A stretch of 64,000 nucleotides of DNA from Candidatus Moraniibacteriota bacterium (GCA_038208115.1 JBBQZC010000004.1:10530-74529); one strand, 5' to 3'; shown: positions 32,463-43,172, counted from the first letter of the stretch. A program made the numbers and translations. The notes: a model not told the origin generated them from the letters alone.

Positions 32463-33314
32463 TTATCTCTCTAATCGCCACCGTATATCATTACATGGAT
32501 TTATAAGAGCTGCACGCATCTGATTCAATTGCTGTCTGATCATCTCATAATGCTTTTCTCTCAAAAGCAATCGCTCATCATTATCATCATCAAAATCAAA
32601 TGATACTACTTGCATACCATTTATACTACGCATCTTCACGTCACATGCAATAAAAACACCTTTTTCGTTCGTGTTTCCTAAAAATATCGCATGATCACTC
32701 CCTTGTAAATCTGCATATTTTTGCGTTGGAATATTATCAACTGCAATCACCCATAATGTGCCATCTGTCGACATGAGCTCAACAATATTATCGTTCCGTC
32801 GTACAATTTGACCCATTAAAATACCTCTTTCTGGCAAATCAAAACTCACTGCACGTCTTTTATTTACATTGTAATAATAGCGCATATGCGAACCGAGCAT
32901 ATCATCAACATAACAACTGATACCTTTTGCATATAAAAACACACCAACGATAATACTCAGCCCAATATGAATACTGATAATAATATACAGAGGGTAAATA
33001 TAGCCTCGATCAGTATGTCGCACGCTGACATCGCATAAAATGACAAAAACTCCCGTAAGAAATATCCATAAAAATATCATACACAAAGTAATATATGATA
33101 TGAAATACCCATAAATCTCTCGATGAAGATCCATGTCACTATTTACAACCGTATATATAATCACACTCACAAAAAGCGCGCCCACCAAGATGCTTGCACC
33201 ACCAAAGATCCACATTAAAATATTTTTCACCACAAAAAACCAACGAGGTTTTTGCTTAACTTCCCCTTTCAGAATTCTTTCCAATGCTTTTTGCGATGGC
33301 TTACTTTCCGTCAT
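32463..33314 (-). CDS. membrane protein, putative anti-sigma factor
   Basis: Start lies 4 nt from the sigma-gene stop. Cytoplasmic N-terminus, then several TM helices and an external domain. No conserved anti-sigma motif seen. Confidence 0.3.
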   Translation of the reverse strand: MTESKPSQKALERILKGEVKQKPRWFFVVKNILMWIFGGASILVGALFVSVIIYTVVNSDMDLHREIYGYFISYITLCMIFLWIFLTGVFVILCDVSVRHTDRGYIYPLYIIISIHIGLSIIVGVFLYAKGISCYVDDMLGSHMRYYYNVNKRRAVSFDLPERGILMGQIVRRNDNIVELMSTDGTLWVIAVDNIPTQKYADLQGSDHAIFLGNTNEKGVFIACDVKMRSINGMQVVSFDFDDDNDERLLLREKHYEMIRQQLNQMRAALINPCNDIRWRLER

Positions 33315-33317
33315 ACG

Positions 33318-33905
33318 TTACGAATTAAAATTAACGTTAAGTTCTTTGGTCAAATCACGAAATTGTTTTTTTGCTCGATTAATATGTGTTGCTACAGTAC
33401 CTGCTGGTTTTTTCAAAATATCTGATATCTCTTGATAACTCTTATCTTCAATAAACTTGAGAACGAGAATCTCACGATATCGATCATCCATTTTTTCTAA
33501 AACTTTTTGTACAATATCCTTGAGATGATCGTGATCGATATCAGTGATTATATTTTCCGTACCAGCAATTCTCTCCAAGAAATCTTCATCAACATATATA
33601 GAGTTCCCATGTGGACGAATCTTCTTTTTTCGCCAATAACTAATCGTTTCATTATGCACAATGCGATATAGCCATGACGAGAAAGACAGATCATCATCAA
33701 AACTTTGTAGATTTTGATACGCTTTCAAAAAACTTTCCTGTAAAATATCCTCTGCTTCTTCCATTGCTACAGCGCTGATCCGCTTAATATACAGCAACAT
33801 CCTCTGTTCATAGCGATCCATCAAAACACCATAAAAAGACGGGTTATCCATAGTTAACGCCACAAGTTCTTGATCAGATCTTTTTTCATTATGCTCTTGC
33901 ATCAT
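33318..33905 (-). CDS. ECF-type RNA polymerase sigma-70 factor
   Basis: Region 2 'ILQESFLKAYQNL...WLYRIVHNETISYWRKKK' and region 4 'SYQEISDILKKPAGTVATHINRAKKQFR'. Confidence 0.8.
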   Translation of the reverse strand: MMQEHNEKRSDQELVALTMDNPSFYGVLMDRYEQRMLLYIKRISAVAMEEAEDILQESFLKAYQNLQSFDDDLSFSSWLYRIVHNETISYWRKKKIRPHGNSIYVDEDFLERIAGTENIITDIDHDHLKDIVQKVLEKMDDRYREILVLKFIEDKSYQEISDILKKPAGTVATHINRAKKQFRDLTKELNVNFNS

Positions 33906-33959
33906 AACTATCTTTTGGATATGCTACTTATCACTTACGCACATACACTGTAATTTCTT

Positions 33960-34451
33960 TCAATAAAAATCATCTTTTTTTACAAAGCCACATATTCGCG
34001 CACCGAAATATACACAATCATCAAAAGCACATGCAGACCTATCAGCGAATGAATCCTTTGCACATCGATATCGTGACACACGGATATGTTTTGCATGTAT
34101 AAACTGAGCGAACAGGCCATCAGTGAGATATTTATCACCAATTGTCACGATTGGAGTCATGGCATGTTCTATATAGTTAAGGATTTTTTTATGCGGTTTT
34201 TTGTATGGCGATTCAATATATGGTAATTGCAACTGCTTTGCAATCATACGACTACGTTGTCCATTAAAATTATTTGAAAATACATATACTGTATTTTTTT
34301 GTTGCAAAAGTTTGATGACATCCTTCACTGATTGATCCACAATTTTGCTGGAACTACACATGATTGTTCCATCAATATCTAAAACAATAATAGAACCCTC
34401 AATTGATTCTACGTGCAATTCATGAAAAAAATGTCTTTTGCTTCGTTTCAC
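33960..34451 (-). CDS. HAD-superfamily phosphatase (YqeG-like, subfamily IIIA)
   Basis: Motif I 'VLDIDGT', followed by 'VFSNN' and 'GDKYLTD' motifs. Cys-rich C-terminal tail. Confidence 0.6.
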   Translation of the reverse strand: MKRSKRHFFHELHVESIEGSIIVLDIDGTIMCSSSKIVDQSVKDVIKLLQQKNTVYVFSNNFNGQRSRMIAKQLQLPYIESPYKKPHKKILNYIEHAMTPIVTIGDKYLTDGLFAQFIHAKHIRVSRYRCAKDSFADRSACAFDDCVYFGARICGFVKKDDFY

Positions 34452-34820
34452 TTATTTTTTGAGTAAATCACGAATCTCCTCGAGAAGCTGGACTTCTTTA
34501 TTTGGTTTTGTTTCTTTCTTCTTTTTTTTCACAACAATACTCATTGCTTTGACTACTAAGAATATACAGAATGCAATGATGATGAAGTCGATAATTGATT
34601 GAACAAAATTTCCATACGTAAGTGTAACTTCACCCACTTTTATGCTTAATTTTGTCAGATCAATGCCACCTGATATCATCCCAATTGTCGGCATGATCAC
34701 GTCATTAACGAGAGACGTAACGATCTTGCTGAATGCACCTCCTACGACAACAGCTACAGCGAGATCTACCACATTACCTTTTACTGCAAATTCCTTAAAT
34801 TCCTTAAGAAAATTTTTCAT
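34452..34820 (-). CDS. mscL: large-conductance mechanosensitive channel
   Basis: 'KEFAVKGNVVDLAVAVVVGGAFSKIVTSLVNDVIMP' is canonical MscL TM1. Confidence 0.9.
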   Translation of the reverse strand: MKNFLKEFKEFAVKGNVVDLAVAVVVGGAFSKIVTSLVNDVIMPTIGMISGGIDLTKLSIKVGEVTLTYGNFVQSIIDFIIIAFCIFLVVKAMSIVVKKKKKETKPNKEVQLLEEIRDLLKK

Positions 34821-34862
34821 TATACCATTTCATTATGTCAATTACCCCTATAATTAAGCCTA

Positions 34863-35195
34863 CTACAAAAATGTAATTATTTCAAATGTAATTATTTTTA
34901 TGGGACTAGATCCATCAACTACCCGATTATAATATCCTCCAAATTTTTTATACATTTCTGCATCTGATAAAAATTTTTCATGACCTTCCCAATCTGCTTC
35001 TATAAGAGTGTCGAGAGTTTTATGATGTATTTCTACCAACTGTGCGTGTGCAAAAACTATTTTATCTTCCCACACGACAAAAGAAACTTCTTCACCAGCA
35101 CAAAGATCTTTATCATCAAAAAGTCGCCAGGTTTTTGTTTTTCTGCCCGAAATAATCATATCTGCAAGTTCACGTCGAAATTTTATCGTTTTCAT
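34863..35195 (-). CDS. ASCH-domain protein
   Basis: Internal start 'MKTIKFRRELADMIISGRKTKTWR' fits the ASCH N-terminus. The longer ORF (to 35309) would overlap the upstream gene. Confidence 0.45.
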   Translation of the reverse strand: MKTIKFRRELADMIISGRKTKTWRLFDDKDLCAGEEVSFVVWEDKIVFAHAQLVEIHHKTLDTLIEADWEGHEKFLSDAEMYKKFGGYYNRVVDGSSPIKIITFEIITFL

Positions 35196-35197
35196 TT

Positions 35198-35785
35198 TTA
35201 TGTAAGAAATTGCAATCCTTTTTGTACAAGCCGCGTAATCTTTTTTTTCTTTAGTTCTGCAGATCCTCTTGCTCCCCCAAGTGGGAAACTTCTCGTTTTT
35301 ATGCCACAAAAAGTGAGGACATCTTTTTTTAAAACTTTTACTGCACGATCACTGGTAAAAAACCTCGTATATATCCGTGGACCACCCGCCGATGTAAATA
35401 TAATAGCCCTGCGCCCCTTAAGGAGTCCTATCGGAAGATTATGCACATATTTAAAAGCAAATCTCGATGTAAAGACGCGATCAATAAAACCCTTTAAAAT
35501 TGCAGGCATGTTTTGCCACCATGTTGGATATATAAAAATAAGATTTTTTGCATCCGTGATTACCTTTTGAAAATGTTTATTTTCTTCAGAAACTACGTAC
35601 CCACCAGACGTATAGTGCTCCTCATTTTTTAACGCAGGATCATATCCGATAGCATATAAATCAATGATTACATGATCACACTGCAACTCTTTCAATTGCG
35701 TGATACATTGGGCAAGAAATTCCCCACAAAAACCACTTTTGTTTGGATGGGAATAAATGATCACTGTTTTTTCCATATGATTCAC
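35198..35785 (-). CDS. flavodoxin-like fold NAD(P)H dehydrogenase (quinone)/azoreductase family
   Basis: 'TVIIYSHPNKSGFCGEF...IFIYPTWWQNMPAILKGFIDRV' is a Flavodoxin_2 signature. Confidence 0.7.
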   Translation of the reverse strand: MNHMEKTVIIYSHPNKSGFCGEFLAQCITQLKELQCDHVIIDLYAIGYDPALKNEEHYTSGGYVVSEENKHFQKVITDAKNLIFIYPTWWQNMPAILKGFIDRVFTSRFAFKYVHNLPIGLLKGRRAIIFTSAGGPRIYTRFFTSDRAVKVLKKDVLTFCGIKTRSFPLGGARGSAELKKKKITRLVQKGLQFLT

Positions 35786-35883
35786 ACTACTTATTATTTT
35801 TATTGATATTTCTATTATCGCACGATTATGTCATTTTTCATATAAAAATGCCGATTGTAGTTTCTACAACCGGCACATATGAT

Positions 35884-37104
35884 TCAGATCAGATTACCAT
35901 ATCCCAATTGTTGCAAAAGTGCAACAGCCTTCTTTATGTCTTCAACATGATCACGATTCGATATCAATGTGACATCTTTTGTCTGTACGACGATTACGCC
36001 CTTTAACCCAAGCGTAACAATCACACGATCTTCATCTCCATATAAAAGACATTCCTCTGTTTTGACAGCGACAACCTGTCCACGCGTAATATTACGAAGT
36101 GATCCACCATTGCAATGATGGTCATGCAACGATTTCCAGTTGCCCACATCACTCCAAAATCTGAGCGAAGCTGGAACTACAAAACATTCCTGCGATGAAA
36201 GTTTTTCCAAAACGACAGTATCAATCGGACGAGATTGTAATGCAGCAAATTGCTCGCAAACGAATTTTTTATCATCAAAATGATTTTGAAACAATGTAAA
36301 TGCTACACGAATATCCTTGGCGTGTGCCTTGATACATTCAAGCATTGTTTCCGCATAGAAGATAAAATACGCAGCATTCCACAGATATGCAAGATCGAAC
36401 ATATATTCTTTCGCAATATGCTGATTCGGCTTTTCCTTGAATGCATCAACTTCACACACATGCTGTTCAAATCGATCGTTCCGCAATTCACTCCCAACTT
36501 TAATATAGCCTAATGCGGTACTCGGTTCAGTTACTTTGACACCAATAAGTCCGATGCGCTCTGGATATACATCCACAGCCACGAAACCTGTTTCCACTGC
36601 ACGAATAAAATTCACATTATCCTTCATCGTATGATCTGATGGTATGGTCAGAATAACTGCCTCACTATCCTCTTGCGCAATGACAAATGACACATACGCT
36701 AAAGCTGGCGCAGTATCACGACTACATGGCTCTATAATAATGTTTTTTTCTGGCAATTGTGGCAATTGTTCGTGAACGATACCAACGTACTCAGCGATTG
36801 TTGATACATAGACGTGATTCACTGAAACAAGTGGCATAATGCGTTCAAAAGTTTCTTGTAGCAAAGATTGCTTCTCTGATACAATGCGTTGAAATTGTTT
36901 TGGTCTGTGTTGCCGTGACTCTGGCCATAACCTTTTGCCAGAGCCACCGGCCATGATTACAACATAACGATGCTCTCCTTGCTGATGTGATCCAATCTGT
37001 GTTTGCACAAAAACCTCCTTAATGGTATATGCAATTTTTATAAAACAACAAAAATGTATACTACCCAATATATATGATAGGATTTTTAAGTCAATAGAAG
37101 ACAC
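35884..37104 (-). CDS. manC: mannose-1-phosphate guanylyltransferase
   Basis: 'VVIMAGGSGKRLWP' nucleotidyltransferase motif with a C-terminal left-handed/cupin-like extension. Confidence 0.75.
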   Translation of the reverse strand: MSSIDLKILSYILGSIHFCCFIKIAYTIKEVFVQTQIGSHQQGEHRYVVIMAGGSGKRLWPESRQHRPKQFQRIVSEKQSLLQETFERIMPLVSVNHVYVSTIAEYVGIVHEQLPQLPEKNIIIEPCSRDTAPALAYVSFVIAQEDSEAVILTIPSDHTMKDNVNFIRAVETGFVAVDVYPERIGLIGVKVTEPSTALGYIKVGSELRNDRFEQHVCEVDAFKEKPNQHIAKEYMFDLAYLWNAAYFIFYAETMLECIKAHAKDIRVAFTLFQNHFDDKKFVCEQFAALQSRPIDTVVLEKLSSQECFVVPASLRFWSDVGNWKSLHDHHCNGGSLRNITRGQVVAVKTEECLLYGDEDRVIVTLGLKGVIVVQTKDVTLISNRDHVEDIKKAVALLQQLGYGNLI

Positions 37105-37145
37105 ATCTGTTTTTATGCATTATTTCTTTCCACTGCAAAGAAAAT

Positions 37146-39686
37146 CTACACCTCTATAGGTTTTTTGTGCATAATCATCTTATATATTTCAAACCACAGG
37201 ACACCGAAAAATGCTGCACTCATACTGAGTAGCAGATCCTCTACGTGTAATATATCAAAATGAAAAACACTTCTCAAAAACGGCGTATATATTAACATCA
37301 ACAAACCAAAAAAAGTACCACTAAGAATATAGCCTAATGCTTTGTTGCCATTTCGCAAAGTCTGCGTAAAGTTATTTTTTTGCGAAAGATTGGTAATGAT
37401 TAACATAAGATTACCAAAAACGAGAGTTGTGAAAGTGATGGATCTGGTTTTTTCTTCTGAAAATCCCCAATGTAAAGCCAAACCATATACGCCCAATACA
37501 ACAATGAGAATACTCGCACCCTGCAATAAACTGATAAAAAAAGTTTTTTTACTGAACAATGATTCTGTAAGATTACGCGGTGGACGGTTCATGATACCTT
37601 TTTCCGATTTTTCAGATTCATAGACGATAGAGCATGCTGGATCAATAATGAGCTCTAAAAATGCAATGTGTGCTGGAAATAAAACGATCGGCCAGTGAAA
37701 AATAACTGGGATCAAAGCGACTCCAGCAATCGGTATGTGCACAGAAAAAATATACGCAATCGCTTTTTTGAGATTATCAAAAATGCGCCGACCCATTTGC
37801 ACTGCTTTTACAATTGACGAAAAGTTGTCATCCAAGAGAACGAGGTCTGAAGCTTCTCGCGCCACATCCGTTCCTCGCCGACCCATGGCCACACCAATAT
37901 GAGCTGACTTAAGTGCCGGTGCATCATTCACGCCGTCACCAGTCATCACAACGATCTCACCATTTGCTTTAAGTGCATTCACAATTGCCAATTTCTGTTC
38001 TGGCACAACGCGCGTAAAGATATTTACATCTTTGATACGACTACACAATTCTGCATGATCGTATTGTGTTAATTCAGATCCGGTAATATATACATCGGCT
38101 TTTTTCAAGCCAATCTTCCGTGCAACAAATTGTGCTGTGCCAGGATAATCACCTGTGATCATAATAATTCTCATACCTGCTTGATAACATTCTGCCACTG
38201 CATCGGATACAGATGGTCGCACGGGATCCAAAAATCCAAGCAATCCCACAAATTCATATGTATAATCATGTTGTATATTGGCTTCGTCTGGACAATCTAC
38301 AACTGCTTTTGCTACGCCTAATATGCGCAATCCTTTTTCAGACATAATCCGCACTTTTTCCATCATATTATCTTTACTCTCATCATCAAAGTGACAGAGA
38401 TCAGCGATTGCTTCTGGCGCTCCTTTGGCAGCAGCAATACAACTCATTTTATCTGGAGATATCCACACATGAGACAGCGCTAATAATTCTTTGGATAATG
38501 GAAACTCACGTGATAGCTCCCAATGTGTACACATACGATCTCGCTCACTCAAAAATGCATCACATGTTGTCCATATTTCTTTCTCAATTGGATCAAATGG
38601 ATCGCGCTGACTTGCTAGCAAAGAATAATTTAACAGTTCGAAATATTTTTCTGGAATTTTTTTTGCAACATGAGACGTGATATCTACAAATTCATTATCT
38701 GCCATAATGCAATTCAATTGCATGCTATTTAATGTCAAAGTACCCGTTTTGTCCACACAAAGTACTGTCGCTGCTCCCAATGTTTCAACAGCAGTCGACC
38801 TTCTCACTAGAACATGTTTCGCAGACATGCGCCAAGCGCCAAGCGCCAAAAATATCACTAAAATAACTGAAAATTCTTCTGGAAGCATTGTCATGCTCAA
38901 AGATAATCCTGATAGCGTCCCTTGTATCCAATCACCATATAGTAATCCATATATAATCAAAACACCTGTGCACAATATTAATCCTACAATTGCAAACATA
39001 CGGACTAATCGACCTGTTTCTTTTTTGAGCAACATTTCCTCTTCTTCTATTGATTGCAATGATACACCAATTTTGCCAATTTCAGTATCGAGACCAATAT
39101 GTGTCACTCGAACCATTGCATGTCCCTGTATGACCATTGTGCCAGAAAAAACAAAAGGTAAATCATCACCACCTGGCTGTGTCAATTGCACGTGACCATC
39201 CCAATCATTTTTTCTCACAGGCATGGATTCCCCTGTCAAAAGCGATTCATCAACACTCAAATTTGTCGATGAAATTACCGTTGCATCAGCAGGAACACGC
39301 ACACCCTCGCGAAGAACCACAATATCTTCACGCACCACTTCTCTCCCTGCAATCGTCTGTTGCATACCATCTCGCACAACAAATGCCCGTGGACTAGAAA
39401 GATCTTTCAATGCTTCAAGTGCCCTTTCCGTTTTTTTTTCTTGATAAAATGTAATGCCTACTACAACAAAAACAAAAGTTAACAGCAGTAATGCATCCTG
39501 CGCCTCACCGAGCACCAGATAAATTGCACCAGCAGCAATTAATAGAAAAAGCATAGGATCCCTCACTACACTAAGGAAAATTGAAATAGCACTTCGTTTT
39601 TTTTGTGAAGGTAATTCATTAAAACCTTCTTGTTCTAAACGAATTTTTGCCTCATGTGCAGTTAGTCCATTTATTTCTTTCATCAT
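37146..39686 (-). CDS. cation-transporting P-type ATPase (Ca2+/Mg2+ type II)
   Basis: 'TGES', 'DKTGTLT', 'KGAPE', 'MITGD', 'GDGVNDAPALK' motifs and ten TM helices. Confidence 0.9.
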   Translation of the reverse strand: MMKEINGLTAHEAKIRLEQEGFNELPSQKKRSAISIFLSVVRDPMLFLLIAAGAIYLVLGEAQDALLLLTFVFVVVGITFYQEKKTERALEALKDLSSPRAFVVRDGMQQTIAGREVVREDIVVLREGVRVPADATVISSTNLSVDESLLTGESMPVRKNDWDGHVQLTQPGGDDLPFVFSGTMVIQGHAMVRVTHIGLDTEIGKIGVSLQSIEEEEMLLKKETGRLVRMFAIVGLILCTGVLIIYGLLYGDWIQGTLSGLSLSMTMLPEEFSVILVIFLALGAWRMSAKHVLVRRSTAVETLGAATVLCVDKTGTLTLNSMQLNCIMADNEFVDITSHVAKKIPEKYFELLNYSLLASQRDPFDPIEKEIWTTCDAFLSERDRMCTHWELSREFPLSKELLALSHVWISPDKMSCIAAAKGAPEAIADLCHFDDESKDNMMEKVRIMSEKGLRILGVAKAVVDCPDEANIQHDYTYEFVGLLGFLDPVRPSVSDAVAECYQAGMRIIMITGDYPGTAQFVARKIGLKKADVYITGSELTQYDHAELCSRIKDVNIFTRVVPEQKLAIVNALKANGEIVVMTGDGVNDAPALKSAHIGVAMGRRGTDVAREASDLVLLDDNFSSIVKAVQMGRRIFDNLKKAIAYIFSVHIPIAGVALIPVIFHWPIVLFPAHIAFLELIIDPACSIVYESEKSEKGIMNRPPRNLTESLFSKKTFFISLLQGASILIVVLGVYGLALHWGFSEEKTRSITFTTLVFGNLMLIITNLSQKNNFTQTLRNGNKALGYILSGTFFGLLMLIYTPFLRSVFHFDILHVEDLLLSMSAAFFGVLWFEIYKMIMHKKPIEV

Positions 39687-39791
39687 GAAATATTATTTTA
39701 CTTTTATATATAAATACATACACCTATTGCGTAATAGTAATTTTATCATAAAAGAATCACTTCACATATTGATTGCTCTTTTAAAAAAAGA

Positions 39792-42700
39792 TTATGCTAT
39801 CAGTGATGTGTTTTTACGTTCAAGTTTACCCCATCCGACGAATATGCCTTTGATTGCGACAAATACGGTTTTCATTGCAACATAATACATCAATTGACGA
39901 TAAAAAAATCGTTGAAAAATAATCCAAATGAGTAAAGACCAGTCTTCACGTTCTCGTTCAAGTGTAAATGCAATGATCGATGAAAAAATGTCAATCATCA
40001 AAAACAATATGTAATATACAAATATATAGCGAAATGTGTACATAAGAGAATAATCCATCTGATGTATATGCTGTTGCCACAGTGCCCAGCTCACTGAAAT
40101 GATCAACGCAAGATCAACAATTGGTGCAATAATCTGAAAAAATAATTGAAATACAAAAATGTTTGGCAAAGCAAAAAATCCCAATGCACCATATCGTGGA
40201 CGGAAAAAAACCGCTTTATGTTTCCATGCTGTTTGCAGTGTGCCATACATCCATCGAAACCGCTGTTTGACGAAGCCAGCAATGGTATCAGGCGCTTCCG
40301 TATATGCAATCGCTTCATCATCATACACAACTTTATATCCATTTTTGATGATTGAAAATGTAAGATCAGCATCTTCTGCTAAAGTATCACTCGAAAACCC
40401 TCCTACAGACACAACCACCTCTCGACGCCATGCGCCAACCGCACCAGGCACAACTGAAATCGCATTGATAATATCGACAGCACGTCTCTCTAAATTTTGA
40501 CTTGTGATGTATTCCAATGCTTGTAATTTTGTTAATATATTTACTTTATTTCCCACTTTGGTATTTCCCGCGACCGCGCCCACACGTGAGTCAGCTAAAT
40601 CACGAATGAGCATTTTAATTGTATCTTTTGTAAAAAGTGTATCCGCATCGAGCGCTACAAAAAATTCAGAAGATGATTGTGTAATCCCAAAATTCAATGC
40701 GCTTGCTTTTCCTCCATTCTCTTTGGTGAATATACTCACTTTATCATTTGCACAATATTTGTGATTAAGTAAATAATATGTATTGTCAGTAGAACCATCA
40801 TCAACAATAATAATGCGAAAATTTCCATAATCTGAGTCAAGGAGAGAGTCTATGGTTCGTATTATCACATCCTCTTCATTCCATGCAGGAACGATTACAT
40901 CAACAGATGGTTCAAATTCCGTTTGATATACACATGTCTTGCCATAACGACATCTGCCAGATTGTATAAGTGCTAGAACTATGATGAATAGTAGTCTCCC
41001 TATCCCCAAAAATATGCCAACTGTAAAAATGAAATAAAAAATATTCATTAAAATATATGTCAACGAGAATGTTATATCGTTGATTCGCATAGCCAATTGA
41101 TCTTGTGAAACAACAGGTGGCATAATTGTATCGTGTGACACACCGACTAATTCTGAAATTGTCACAAACTCATAGCCTTTTTGTTTGAGTGTATCAATAA
41201 TTATTGGAAGTGCATCCACAGTTTGATCGCGATTTCCTCCAGAGTCATGTAATAACACAATATTACCCTCTCCACTTTCAGCTCCATTTACAACATTCGA
41301 CACAATTTCTTCAGTACCGGGTTGTGCCCAATCCGTCGGATCTATATGCATACCGACCGTATAATATCCTTGATTATTCGCAAATAGTAATGATCCAATC
41401 TGTTCTAAAGTTTCAGGCTCGACATCTTCTGCATATGGCGGTCGAAACAAAATTGTTTGTCTTCCGATCATTCCTTCCAACATTTTTTGAAATCCATTGA
41501 GTTCAAGAAAAAATTGTTTTTTGGAAATATTATTAATATTTGGATGTGTAAATGTATGGCTACCAATCTCATGCCCTTCCGCATTGATCCGCTTTATAAT
41601 ACGAGGGTATTTATCCGCACTCAATCCGATTGTAAAAAAAGTTGCATGAATATTCTTTTGGTTTAAGATATCTAAAATCAGATCAGTATATTTTGCATCA
41701 GGACCATCGTCAAAAGTAAGTGCTATTTTTTTACTGTCCTCACCACCAAATCTCTCAATTCTATACGATGACGGATATTTCACAATTGACGCATCCGTGA
41801 TAACTCCATTGACATCATCGTATATCACATTTCGCACACCATCTATCGGCGTATGTTTGATTTTAAGCACTTCTCCCACACCATCATAAGTTACCACATC
41901 CCCATGAGGAATTACTGTGATCATATCAGCAACAAATTTGTCGAGATGATCTCGATACGCCATCACATGCCACAAAGAAGAGTCTTCTCCACCCATGCGC
42001 CACAACGCATATCCCAGAGGTCGATATTGTCTCACTGCAGCGATTTGATCAAAAACAGTCACCGCATCTAAAAACCACACATGGTGGATAATATTTTTTT
42101 CATCGCGATACGAAAATGTTTCGTTTTGACTTTGATGATCCATTTGCAAAGTTACACGTGCATCTATAGCAGTCATTAGTGCCTCTTGTGTAGTGATGCT
42201 CATTCCGTTCATAGTATCTTCTATCCAATCATAACCGTAGTTACCATACGCGATCACGATTTTTTGTGGTGGAACTTGTGAGAATCGTTGTGTAATACCC
42301 GCGACAAACCAATCGCGTGATGCGATTGGTCCAGAAGCAGTAGCCTGAACCGTATGCTCATCATACGCCATCAAAACCAAAAAATCGACATATTGGGCCA
42401 ATATGCGTGCATCAAATGAATCATCAATTAGCGGTATGCTTTGAGAAACTTCCAGTCCTTCCTGTGAAAAAACTGCATATAGCTCTTTCATATATAAAAT
42501 AAGATTTGCTTGACTCGTATCTGGGATAGATTCATAATCGATGTTTACACCATCAAACCCATTTGTCTTTACGTAATCCAAAATACTTTGAATATTATGA
42601 CTCCGCGCAGTCTGATCTTGAAGCATATTTACCACCATTTCACTATCCCAATTTTGCGTGGTTGAATTGTAATTATTGATAAGTGGCGCAATTTTGAGTG

Positions 42701-43172
42701 GACTTCCATTACTGCGTATAAAATCCAATGCTTTTTTTTGTGCTTCTTCATCGTCAAGTATTATCGATCCATCTGCTCCTGATAAATGTAACCACTCAGG
42801 CATCAATTCATCGATCGATCGAATATTATTTTGCAAAGAGTTAAAACTCTCATCATCCCAATTTACATAAAATGCGATTGATTGCGAACGATACGTTCCA
42901 ATAGAATCCACAGATTGTATAGGTGTCTTTTGTGATCCAATCTGTACATCTGATGCAACCTGGATTGGCGTCACATTTGAATTTTCTGATATTGGTTGCA
43001 ATTTCTGTGGCAAAACAATCGGTGGTTCCCCCAGTAATTGTGTCTCATGGTAAACAGTTTTCACTGTAAAGCCAAAAAAACCGACTACTATAAGAATAAT
43101 TATTATAGTCGGCCACTTAACCCACAACCATCTTTTCTTAGTTGCATCATAAAATATCGGTGTTTGCGTCAT
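39792..43172 (-). CDS. tri-domain exopolysaccharide enzyme: GH18-like domain + CE4 (NodB) polysaccharide deacetylase + processive GT2 synthase (PgaB/PgaC- or IcaA/IcaB-like fusion)
   Basis: N-terminal TM, then 'FDGVNIDYES' (GH18 DxDxE-like). 'IALTFDDGPDAKYT...HEIGSHTFTHP' is the CE4 domain. 'DVIVPAWNEEDVI...IIVDDGSTDNT', 'LDADT' and 'QRFRWMYG' (QxxRW) mark the GT2 domain, which is followed by C-terminal TM helices. Confidence 0.7.
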   Translation of the reverse strand: MTQTPIFYDATKKRWLWVKWPTIIIILIVVGFFGFTVKTVYHETQLLGEPPIVLPQKLQPISENSNVTPIQVASDVQIGSQKTPIQSVDSIGTYRSQSIAFYVNWDDESFNSLQNNIRSIDELMPEWLHLSGADGSIILDDEEAQKKALDFIRSNGSPLKIAPLINNYNSTTQNWDSEMVVNMLQDQTARSHNIQSILDYVKTNGFDGVNIDYESIPDTSQANLILYMKELYAVFSQEGLEVSQSIPLIDDSFDARILAQYVDFLVLMAYDEHTVQATASGPIASRDWFVAGITQRFSQVPPQKIVIAYGNYGYDWIEDTMNGMSITTQEALMTAIDARVTLQMDHQSQNETFSYRDEKNIIHHVWFLDAVTVFDQIAAVRQYRPLGYALWRMGGEDSSLWHVMAYRDHLDKFVADMITVIPHGDVVTYDGVGEVLKIKHTPIDGVRNVIYDDVNGVITDASIVKYPSSYRIERFGGEDSKKIALTFDDGPDAKYTDLILDILNQKNIHATFFTIGLSADKYPRIIKRINAEGHEIGSHTFTHPNINNISKKQFFLELNGFQKMLEGMIGRQTILFRPPYAEDVEPETLEQIGSLLFANNQGYYTVGMHIDPTDWAQPGTEEIVSNVVNGAESGEGNIVLLHDSGGNRDQTVDALPIIIDTLKQKGYEFVTISELVGVSHDTIMPPVVSQDQLAMRINDITFSLTYILMNIFYFIFTVGIFLGIGRLLFIIVLALIQSGRCRYGKTCVYQTEFEPSVDVIVPAWNEEDVIIRTIDSLLDSDYGNFRIIIVDDGSTDNTYYLLNHKYCANDKVSIFTKENGGKASALNFGITQSSSEFFVALDADTLFTKDTIKMLIRDLADSRVGAVAGNTKVGNKVNILTKLQALEYITSQNLERRAVDIINAISVVPGAVGAWRREVVVSVGGFSSDTLAEDADLTFSIIKNGYKVVYDDEAIAYTEAPDTIAGFVKQRFRWMYGTLQTAWKHKAVFFRPRYGALGFFALPNIFVFQLFFQIIAPIVDLALIISVSWALWQQHIHQMDYSLMYTFRYIFVYYILFLMIDIFSSIIAFTLEREREDWSLLIWIIFQRFFYRQLMYYVAMKTVFVAIKGIFVGWGKLERKNTSLIA

